From Vicugna vicugna (lineage: Eukaryota), in contig MU058198.1 of assembly GCA_013265495.1 (NCBI GenBank), positions 1,934,419-1,998,418 of the forward strand: 64,000 bases of DNA. The letters run 5' to 3'. The notes under the pieces are model-generated. The model did not search any database, was not told the origin of the DNA, and worked only from the letters and a program-made list of their open reading frames with translations. Numbering within the stretch: the first letter of the stretch is position 1; each line of letters starts with the position of its first letter. The position numbers were made by a program, and so were the translations under genes. Below are positions 14,501 to 26,500 of this stretch, piece after piece.

Positions 14501-17500
14501 GAGCATCCACCTCTATGATTCTTGTCTTGAAAATATAGGAAAAAGTATCCAAAGAATTATCTGGAGAATCTGAGGATGAAGATGTACAAAATGAAAGAAA
14601 GAGAATCCTAGGGCAGCCTCGGCAGTTGCTGAATTCCATAGTGCTCATTAAGGAACTCACAAAGGTAACATCATTCATGGGCCAAAGTATGATGGCTTCA
14701 TTTCTACCTCAGAGCTTGTCTTTAGCATCCAGGGTTTATTGTGATTATTCAGGATCTATCTGTAGTCTCCCAGTGTAATAGAAGAGTTCTTGTAAAACTG
14801 TTGAAGTAGTGGCTCATAGAGGTCTGACAAATGTATTTGACCTACAAATATTCTTTACTATACAGTGTTTTCTGGATTTTTTTAGATATATTTTAAGTAT
14901 CCAGTCATTCTGGCTGTGAAAAATATCTCCGTTGCAATACAGAAGGGGGAGTGTTTTGGATTGCTTGGGTTCAGTGGGGCTGGAAAAACTACAACCTTCC
15001 AAATTCTGACTGGAGATGAGACTGTTACCTCTGGGAATGTGTTCATTGATGGCTTCAGCATCACTAAACATACCCAAAAGGTAAGACACTATCACATTCT
15101 AAGATATGAGAACCATAATAACTTGGGAGTGCAGATAACAGGTAGATGGCTGGAGATACTAGATGGGAATCATAATAGGTATTGATCTTGATATTGTTGA
15201 CTCAGTCAGTGGATTCTCAAAAGAGAAATAAATTTGAAGAGTGGTAGTGAGGTAACAAGAACAGAATCTAAGACAAGAGTATCTTTTGTGTCCTTTGAAA
15301 CTGTTAGAGTAAAAGGAAGCTTCTCTCAACAGTGCATGTAACATATGCCAGACAAGGTGCTCCAAGGAAGAAAAGATTGGGCAGAAGGAGAAAGTGACTG
15401 CAGTTCACTAGTAACCGAGGCCTTGATCCATCTTAGAGGTTTGGAATAGGATTGCCTTTCAGAGTGGTCCCAAAATCAAAGCAAGGTAGCTGGATTTAGT
15501 ATCCCTGTTTTCCTGCATCAGCCAAGTGGCTGCAAATGCCACTTGGAAGAGAGAGCATAACTTTGGGAAGAAGCTGAGTAGGGGAAAAATTCAAGAAGAA
15601 GAAAATAGTCAAAAGTGCCAAATGCCAGGAAATCTCAAGTAAGTTAAAAGCCTGAAGTGTAGTGTCCATTGGATTTAGTAACTAGAACTTAATTGATGAA
15701 GGTAACAAGAATGATTGCAGTAGGGTCAATTGTGTGGTGATAATGGGAACCTAATAGCTGCAATTCTTTCCTCCTCAGTTCATGAGACACTGCCATAATG
15801 AAATAAGGAAGAGGGGTTTGTAGGAGCCTGTATTGCTATAGAATAAACAATAGTCTACCCTTTATCAGTTTAAGAAAATTCATTTCTCTGTCTACTTTGC
15901 TATGAACTTTTAGCATTTTAGCATTGATTTTCTTATGTGCATTGTTATCATGTGAAAATATTATATAGTTTTTCTCTTTTAATTCCTTAATGTCTATCAC
16001 TAATTTTAATATTCATTTTTGAATTATTAAACAGTTCTAATGTGAACTTTTACCATGCTGACTTTTTCTACCACACATTCGTTTCACTTATTTTTGAATA
16101 TTGTATGAGTATAATTGTACTGTAACTTTCTTTCTGGTTTCTTTTTTTTAATTTTTTTTATTGAATTATAGTCATTTTATAATGTGTCAAATTCCAGTGT
16201 AGAGCACAATTTTTCAGTTATACATGAACATACATACAATCATTTTCACTTTCTCTTTCGCTGTGAGCCACCACAAGATCCTGTATATATTTCCCTGTGC
16301 TACACAGTACAACCTTGTTTATCTATTCTACATTTTGAAATCCCAGTCTGTCCCTTCCCACCCTCTGCCCCCTTGGCAACCACAAGTTTGTATTCTATGT
16401 CTATGAGCCTGTTTCTGTTTTGTATTTCTGTTTTGTTTTGTTTTGCTTTGCCTTAGATTCCACACATGAGCCATCTCATATGGTATTTTTCTCTCTCTTT
16501 CTGGCTTACGTCACTTAGAATGACATTCTCCAGGAACATCTATGTTGCTGCAAATGGCGTTATGTTGTTGGTTTTTATGGCTGAATAGTATTCCATTGTA
16601 TAAATATACCATATCTTCTTTATCTAGTCATTTACTGATGGACATTTAGGTTGTTTCCATGTCTTGGCTATTGTAAATAGTGCTGCTAGGAACATTGGGG
16701 TGCAGGTGTCATTTTGAAGTAGGGTTCCTTCTGGATATATGCCCAGGAGTGGGATTCCTGGGTCATATGGTAAGTCTATTCCTAGTCTTTTGAGGAATCT
16801 CCATACTGTTTTCCACAGTGGCTGCACCAAACTGCATTCCCACCAGCAGTGTAGGAGGGTTCCCTTTTCTCCACAGCCTCTCCAGCATTTGTCATTCGTG
16901 GACTTTTGATTGATGGCCATTCTGACTGGTCTTCCTGGTTTCTTTAGTTCAATATTATGCTTTTCAGCCTCATCCACATTGCCACTTACAGAAGTAGTTT
17001 GTTCATTTACATTGCTGTATAATATTTAATGTTATGAATATAAAACATTATGTTTATCTTTGAGGGGCATTTCTGAGCTTTATTAATATTGCCATGATTG
17101 CTATTTAACATGTCTTTGGGTGCACAAATGTGCACACTTCTGTTAGATATGTACTTATAAACAAAATTACTAGATCATAAAGTATATGAATATTAAACTT
17201 TACTTGATACTGACAAGTGGTTTTCCAGTGTGATTATACCAATTTTCTTTCCCACCAGCAGTGTATGACAGTTTCCATCATTCTACATCTTTGTCAGTAT
17301 AAAGTACTGACTATCTTTTAGACTATTTGATTTTAGACATTATGCTGGATATATAGTAGTTTTCATTTTCTTTTCTTTGATAATATATGAAATTGGATAT
17401 ATCATCAAATGTTTATTGGAAATTTAGATATTCTCCTTGGTGAAGTGGCTGTTCAAGTCTTTTGCCCATTTTTTCTCTTGGTAATTATTTGAAGATAATA

Positions 17501-20500
17501 TTTGTTTATTTTTCTTTTAATCAGAAGTTTTTTAAAATTTCATTGAAGCCTATTATTTCCCTCTATGTTCATTGTTTTTGACATATTCAATAACTCCTCA
17601 CATACCCTATGTCTATATTAAATATTAAGTTTCCTTTGATCATGTAAGTTTTATTGCATTATCATTCACATTTAAATTTATAATTCATCTATATACTGCT
17701 GAATAAGGATCAAAATTCATTTATTTTTTATATATAGGTAGCCAATTCACCCAGCTTCTTTTGCTGATGATTATTCTTTTCTCTCTGCAATATCAATTTT
17801 GTCAGCTATGAAGTGTTATGTAAATATGAGTTAGTTTCTGGACTATGTTCTTTTCCATAGGTTGGTTTGTTTATCATTGCACTACTACCATACTTTATTA
17901 ATTATGATAGTTTTAGTAAAAAATCATAATATCCAGTAGTAAAAATTTTGTTCTTCAATATTACTTTGGTTATTCTTATACTTTAAAAATTATAGTTGAA
18001 TTAAGGAATTAGCTTACCTTTGCATAAAAATGCTGGGATTTTAAGTAGGATTCCAGAAGATTGACATATTTATTGTGAAAATAATATATCTCTCCACGTA
18101 TTGGGGTCTCATTAAATATCTCAGATAGTTTCATAGTTGTGAAGGGAAATTACACAAATAAGAAGAGTCAACTTGCTGTCTAGATTAAGAAAAAGAAACA
18201 ACAATATTGTATGCAATTTATTTCTGTATATTTTGTTTTAATATTAATTTAAATATTTGAATTTTATTGCTTGTTGATGGTTTATAGAAGTACAATTTAT
18301 TTTTAAATATTGAATATATATTCAACAAAATTGTTAAATTCTCTGAATTCTAATATTTATCTATGAATATGTTGGAATTTTCAGTTATGCAATCATGACT
18401 GCTGCAGATAATGAGGGTTTGTTTTCCTTTCCAATCCTATGCTTTTTTTCTTTGCCTTATTGCAATGGCTAGAGCCTCTATTCAGCATTGAATAGAAATG
18501 GCAATTGCAGACATTTTCTCCATCTCAATTTCAGGATCAAACTTTTTAATTCATATTACATACTTCCTATAAATGCCTTAGTTTACCCTCACTGGCAAAA
18601 AATATTTTCGCTGCATATAGAATTTGAGATTTGAAACAATTTTCCTTTAACAAATTAGTATATTGTTTCACTGTCCTTTTACTTCCACTACTACATTTGA
18701 GACATCAGCTGTCAGTCTGATGTTCCTTTATGGATAATTTTTTTCTCTATTGTTTTAAAAAATTTCTCTGTGCATTACATAAACTTAAATATAATGTACA
18801 TTTGACCCTTGATCAACATGGATTTGAATTGTGTAAATCTACTTATACACAGATTTTTTTCAGTAAATATGTACTATAGTACTACATGATCCATGGTTGG
18901 TTGAATCCATGGATACACAACTGTGGATAGAGAGGGCTGACTATAAAGTTATGAGTGGATTTTTGTCTGTGGAGAGTGAGCACCCCAACCTGAATGTTGT
19001 TCAGGGGTCAACTCTACTTAGATGTGGGTGTGGATCTTAAGATTTTACCCTGCTTGAAATTTGCTGACATTATTGAACTTATCAATTGGTACTTTAATTG
19101 GTTCTGGATAATTTTCACTTATTTTTTCTTCAAATATTTCTCCTGTTTTTTTCTTTCTCTCTTTCTGCAACTCCAGTTATCCACATACTAGGTTTCTAGT
19201 CTATCATTCTTATCTCTCAATACTGCTCTCAGTTACACATTTTATTTTTGCACTGAATTCTAGGTACCTTCTTAAGACCTATCTCCATGTTAGGTTAATT
19301 TCTTCCATTGTGACTAAACTGCTGTCAAACCCATTCACAGAGCTTATAATATGACTTTTTAAAGTTTTTAGATGTTAAATATGGTTCAATTCCAAAATAG
19401 CTAGGTTATTCGATACTTTTCTCTTTCATGAAGACACATTTAAGGTTTTAAAATTTATTTAAACAAAATGAACACATTTTCTCATCTGATCTACTAAACC
19501 CAATATTTGAAGTCATTACTAACATGTTTCTGGTGAGTATTGTTTCTGCTGGTGGTATTCATGGTGTCTTTTTTCCTTGTTCACTGAATTATCTTTGTAT
19601 GTAGCTCACTTATTTTCAAAACTTCTATAGGATAATAATTTTATACCTAGACAAAAGAAGAGGTTTGAGTTGCTTTCTGGCAAGAATCTAGGGGCATAAA
19701 TAGTCTGGGATTACTTTAAATTAATTAATAAAAAGCCAGAGAAACAGTATAACTTTTAATTAATTATTTAAAATAATTTTAATTAATTATGGTTTAATTT
19801 AATTAATTAATTTTCATTTTAATAAACTAAAATTCATCTCTTTCTCTCTGAATACCTGGTCTATGTGCATCTGAATGTAAAGCCACAAAAGGGTTGGTTA
19901 ATTGGTAAAGCAACACTCACTACATTCTTCTGTCTGTGAAAATGGGGAAAGGCTTTGCTCCTGGTCCGCGAGTTATTACACATGACTGAGCAACTTTTGC
20001 AATGTAAAAACTTCCATGGTTACCATGCCCCTTGGAGTTCCTCATTAGTAAGGGGAACATCTCATATTCTAATATTCCTCCAAATTCAGTAGATACTACA
20101 ATTTTTTTGTAACTTCTTTATCCTCAAGATTATTAAAATTGAGTTGGGGAACCTATTATTATAATTTATTATAATAGATCCAGTGGCCACAATTTTGTAA
20201 ACTTTAGAAAACAATATTCTTGGTAGGACTTTTAGAGGCATGGCCCGGAGGGCTTCAGGTCTTCTATATCATCTAGGGATGCTCAGTGGGCTAGATGACT
20301 TGGGTCCTTATTAAGGTAATTCTTGCAATCAGGTCAAGTCAAGAGTTGGCTATTGTCCTCAGTCTGATGCCTTGCTGCAATACATGACTGGTCGGGAAAT
20401 AATGATCATGTATGCCAGATTGTGGGGAGTCTCTGAGCCCCAGATTCAGCAATATGTGAATAAGTGGTTGAATTCACTGCAACTGGAGCCCCATGCTGAC

Positions 20501-23500
20501 AAGCTTATCAGAACCTACAGGTGAGTCATTATGCTGATCGTTTTGTTGCTGCTGCCAATGTCGAGGTGCCTCCCTATGTTTCTGATGTTAGAAATAAATG
20601 TCCACAGCTCCACCTAAGTCCTCTGTCACATAATTATCAAACTGTGAAACTATCTCATGAGTCGCTAGGTTTCAGACACCTGTAATAAGACAGATCAAAA
20701 TGTTTTTCCTTTGTAGAGATAAAACTCAAAATCCTAGCTCTACTTGAATTGTAGCCTCTGAATCTCAAAAGGGGTCCTTTATTCCTCCTGGTTCTTCATC
20801 TCTCAAGAAATGGGGAATGTAGGTCCTTCAAATTATGGTGGGATTTATGTACCTGGGAAATCATGACACCCTAAGAACAACTAATAAATACCACTGATAA
20901 TGCTACATAATAAGTTACATAAAAGTCACTCCTCTACATTTCAAGGAAAATTAATTGATATATACACCTACACTTGGGCCTGCTACCTTACTGAAGACAC
21001 ATCTAATCAGAACTGAGGTTGTCTATGTTAAGTGTTTGCTGAGATTCTCAGCATCTGAGATGTTAATTCTAACTCTTTCCTATAAGTAACTGATCTGTAT
21101 ATTCTTCCTTTCCCCTGTATTCTCTCTTCTTCTATGACCATGAAGTGGAGGAAGCAAACGTAGGCTGAGTACTGTAATTGCCCTAATGGGAAAACCCTCA
21201 GTCATTTTGCTGGATGAACCATCAACTGGCATGGACCCAGTAGGCCGACGCTTGCTCTGGGATGCTGTGACACAGACACGTGAAAGTGGCACAGCCATCA
21301 TTATAACCTCCCACAGGTGTGACTCATTGGGAGGCATGGTTGATGGTTGGAAAGCATTGTAGTGGCTGTAAGAGAGAATTATTTGGGGCTAAGAATATTA
21401 GACAGTGAACATACTTGAGTATGTAAGTTAATCTGAATGAATAGGACAATCAAGAATCCTCACTGAATTAAATAACCAAGAGTAGGGAGAGAACAAGAAG
21501 TTCAGGAGATATTGAGGATTTGGTATCCTCTTTTTTATTGTTTGAAAATTTTTCACTTCACAACTATGAACTGTATGATTGGCAAATTCCACTTCACATT
21601 GAAAACAGAGTCATAAAATCCTGGCTGTGTTTGAGCTACAGAATGTCCTCCAAAAAGCTTTTTAGCTTTACATTGTTCTGTCATCTTGTTTTGCTAGAAT
21701 GGAGGAATGTGATGCTTTCTGTACCAGGCTGGCCATTATGGTACGGGGAAAGTTCATGTGCTTGGGTAACCCTCAGCACCTCAAGAGTAAGTTTGGCAAT
21801 ATTTACATCCTGAAGGTCAAGGTCAAGATTGATACACCTGAGGATAAACTAGATGATTTAAAATTTTTCATCACAATGACATTCCCAGGTAAACTATGTT
21901 GGGCTAACTTTGTTAGAGACATGTTAAATCATGTATTTTTTTTCTCACCACCCATATGTTTTATGTCTTCAGTGATGTGTTCCTGTGGGTTATTGATATT
22001 TATTAACTTTTCATACTAAATTGCTTTGGGATTCTTATTTCTACAACTTCTTGTGCCTTGTTATGCTAAGAAGTTTTACCAAAAAAAGGTTTTCACTTAG
22101 CTCTCATATTACTTTAATAAGACGATCTTGAATTTATGCTGTCCATATAAGTTATATCCCTAAAGTCATATTTTGAGCACAATTCACAATTATTTTTCCT
22201 ACTGTAGTCTTTTGATGTCTTAGCCATAATATGATATTGAAATACAAATAAGAATCACTAAGCTTTTCTCTCCTTTCAAGAGCAGTTCTGCTTCACAGTG
22301 AAGGAAACTTTAACAAAATGAAGAAGCTGCCTGCTGAAGGGGAGAAGATATTTGCAAACAATATATCTGGCAAAAGGTTAATATACAAAATATACAAAGA
22401 ATTCATATAACTAAATATCAAAAAAAATCTGATTAAAAAATGGGCAGAGGACCTGGATAGACATTTTTCCCAAGAAGACATGCAGATGGCCAACAGGCAT
22501 ATGAAAAGATGTTCTTTTCATCTTTCTAATCATGAGGGAAATTCAAATCAAAACCACAATGAGATATCATCTCACACATCAAAAAGACAACAGGAGAGGA
22601 TTGAGATGGTGGAGCAGGAGGATGCAGAGCTCACCTCGCCCCATAGACACATCAAAAACACATCTATACATAGAGCAATTCTCACAGAAGACAAACTGGA
22701 GACTGGCAGAAAGATTCTTTTACAACCAAAGCTGTAAAACTGTTCCACAGAACTGGGTAGGAAGGGAAGAAAAGCAGTTAGGTCAGGTCCCCATGAGGGG
22801 ACACAGAGAGGTGGGAGATTAAACAGGCTCAGAGCCCCCCTGGGGAGTTAGTGGTTTGAACCATATATTGAAGTGTTAAAAGATCTTCTCTAAGTGGAAA
22901 AGAAAAGACCACAATAAGAAGTAAGAATCTACAGGAAAGGAAAAATCCTACTAGTAAAGACAAATATATAGTAAAATCTGTGGATCAGCCACTTAAAATA
23001 AGCTAATACAAAGATCAAAAAACAACAAAAAAAGTAAAATAAACTATAACCACAATAAACAAGGGATAAACATGAAATACAACAACACAAACACAAAATA
23101 AGGGCAAGGGGTGTATAAAGATGTAGATATTTTACAGTGTATTTGAACTTAAGTGACTGCCAGTTTAAAATAAGTAGGTCAACATATACGAAACCCATGG
23201 TAACCATAAATCAAAAACCTACAATAGATACACAAAAATTAGAAAGGAACACAAGCAAACCACAAAGGAAGTCATCAAACCAAAATGGAAAATGATGAAA
23301 GAAGAAGAAAAGAACAGAAAATAAATAGAAAAACAACCAGACAAGTTACAAAATGGTGATAAGTACATACTTATTAAAATTACTTAAAATGTCAATGGAC
23401 TCAATGCTCCAATCAAAGAGAAAAAGGTAGCTAATTGGATTTTTTTAAAGACCTATCTGATATACAGTTTACAAGAGACTCATTTCAGAGCTAAAGACAC

Positions 23501-26500
23501 ACATAGACTGAAAGTTAGGGAATGGAAAAAATATTTCATGCAAATAAAAATGAGAAGAAAGCTGGGGTAGCAAGGCTCATATCAGACAAAACAGACTTTA
23601 AAACAAAGTATGAAAAAAAACAAAGAAAGGAATCAATGATATAATGATAAAGGAAGCAATATAAGATGGGTATGTAACACTCATTAACATGTTTGCAGCT
23701 AAAAATAGGAGCACTTACATATATAAAGCAAATATTAATAGACATAAAGGATGAAATTGACAATAATACAATAATAGTAGGGGATGTTAACATTCCACTT
23801 ACGTCAGTGGACAGATCATCCAGATAGAAAATCAATAAGGAAACAGTGGCCTTAAATGACACATTGGATCAGTTGAACTGAATAGATATCTAGAAGACAT
23901 TCCACCAAAAACAGAAGAATACATATTCTTTTCAAGTTCACATAGAACTCAAATGTTCTGTAGGATAGATCACATGCTAGTCCACACACACAAATAAAAG
24001 TCTCAACAAATTAAAGAGGATAGAAATTACATCAAGCATTTTTTTCTGACTACAATGGTATGAAACTAGAAATCAATTATAGGAAGAAAAATGAGAAAAG
24101 CACAAATACATGAAGGCTAAACAACGTGCTGCTAAAGAACCAACAGGTCAATGAAGAAATCAAAGAAATCAGAAGATACCTCAAAATAAGTGAAAATAAA
24201 AACATGAAAATGAACAAACATAACTAAATACAAACAGAATCAGAAATTCAGAGAACAAACAGGTAGTTCCCAGAGGGGAGGCTTTTCACCTTCATTTTCG
24301 CTTTGCAGGCTGAGCAAAATATCACAGAAGTTCCCATTGTGAGTGAGGCTGAGGAGTTGGAAGTTTATCTTCCAGGCAATGGAAAATGGTATGATTGATT
24401 ACTTAGTAGGAATAGAGATCAGAAAACAAATAAGAAATGTATGATAAAGCAGATTTGGAAAACAGATGTATGGAAAAATAAATATCTCAGTTTTGGTCAT
24501 AGTGCTTTTGCCATGCCAATAACACATACATATGGATATGTCCACTGAGAACTTCAGTATTCACTTATGCATTCATTCAGCAAGTGTTTTTGAGTATTTA
24601 TTGTATCCAAGTTCTATTTCACATGGTGCCTAAATTACCACAAAGAGAAGCTGTGACCAGACAACCTCATTGCTGTCCTAGCAACTTGTTCTGCTTGAAG
24701 GAGGAACATTAAACCTCAGCCAGAGATCTATTCTCAAGAATGTGGACACAAGAGCTTTAATAGGAATGTGGCTTCAAAGTACAGTCTCAATTATAAGATG
24801 GTTGCTGCCCAGTCCTTTCTCACATTATTCTTGAGAAAATAGCTATTCAAATATAACAGAGGTAAAGTGGAACTGCCATGGAATCTATACCTTAATATTG
24901 ATTAAAAAAAAAAGAATAAATAAACATTAAAATCAAAAAGCATCTAGAATGTATATTTTGAAGAGGACTTACCACAGTATTTGGAGTATTCATAGTAAAT
25001 GATTGCACATAATCTCAAGGAAATTTAAGTGACCAAGTATTCTTTTTCTTAAATTCACAAATAAGATGATTCTAATTTTGCAATATGGAAGATTGTATAC
25101 TCTGAAAAGCACTCCTGGTAAAATAAAACTAGGAATTGGTAAAAAAAAAAATTAAAATAAATACATTTTTAATGCAGTAATCAGCTCAGAAACAAAAGTG
25201 ATGAAACTCTTTAATAACCAAAATAAAAAGAGAGAGAAAAAACATGAAAAAGAAAGGGGGAAAAAATGAAAGAAAATAGTGGCTGAAACAGTGAGCAGTA
25301 AGAAAATGCAAATCTGGAAGCAAATGACATTGTCAGCACTGAGATCAGTGATGGGACTCTGGACTCATTCCAGGGTTGGGGAACTCATGCTGAGACTGCA
25401 ATGTAAAGGGAGACCTCAGAATGGGTGGTCAGTAGCATCCTCTGATTCCAAGCAAAAGCAAGCACAGATCTTCTCTGGAGGAAAACATCCCTAATTTACT
25501 GTGGAGTGGGGAGAAAGCCACAGGAGGCAGATATCGGATAGTACCAGAGGAAGGACTATGCTGAGAGGCCACATTATTTAATATATCCCAGAAGGCTCTG
25601 AGTCAGGAACACTACAGCAGAGAACCCTAAAAGCTAAGAGAGACATTCTGTCCTACCCACCTCTTACATAGGAAACTTTTTCTAAAACTATGTGAAAATT
25701 AATCCCATTTAAAGATGAACGACTGAAACCCAAAGAAAAATATCTTAAGTAAAAAAGATTAAGAGGAAAAACCTAACAAATATTGAAAGTACAGCAGAGA
25801 TACATGACCACAAAGCAGATGAAAACTATTACCTAATATTTCAATATGAGCTTTAAATAATTAAAAAGAGGATAGATGCTATGTAAGAAAATCCTAAACC
25901 ATGATCCAAAGGGCTAAAAAAATTAGGTGACTTAGGGGACCCTCTTACACTGTTGGTGGAGATGAAATTTGGTGCAGCCACTATAAAAAACAGCACAGAG
26001 ATTCCTCAAAAAACTAAAAATAGATTTACCCTATGATCCAGCAATCCCAGTCCTGAGCATATATCCAGAGGAAATGCTAATTCAAAAAGATACATGCACC
26101 CCAATGTTAATAGCAACACTACTTACAATAGCCAAGACATGGAAGCAAATTAAATGTCCATCAACAGATAACTGATCAAAGAAGATGTGACACATTTATA
26201 TATAGAGGGAAAGAGATTCCATGTCAGTTCCACTTTACCTCTGTTACATTTGAATAGCTATTTTCTCAAGAATAATGTGAGAAAGGACTGGGCAGCAACC
26301 ATCTTATAATTGAGAATGTACTTTGAAGCCACATTCCTATTTATATATATATAATGGAATACTACTCACCCATAAAAAAGAATGAAATAATGCCATTTAC
26401 AGCAACATGGATAAACCTAGAGATTATCATACTAAGTGAAATAAGCCAGAAAGAGAAAGAAATACCATATATCACCACTTATATGTGGAATCTAAAAAAA

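Noticed and set aside
16624..16977. L1 ORF2-like ORFs (also 33774-34214, 47203-47556, 40380-40610)
   Set aside because: Truncated retrotransposon fragments, not host genes or active elements.
21080..21337. Minus-strand ORFs over ABCA exons (also 14496-14678 and 14814-15095)
   Set aside because: Antisense shadows of real + strand exons, with no independent support.
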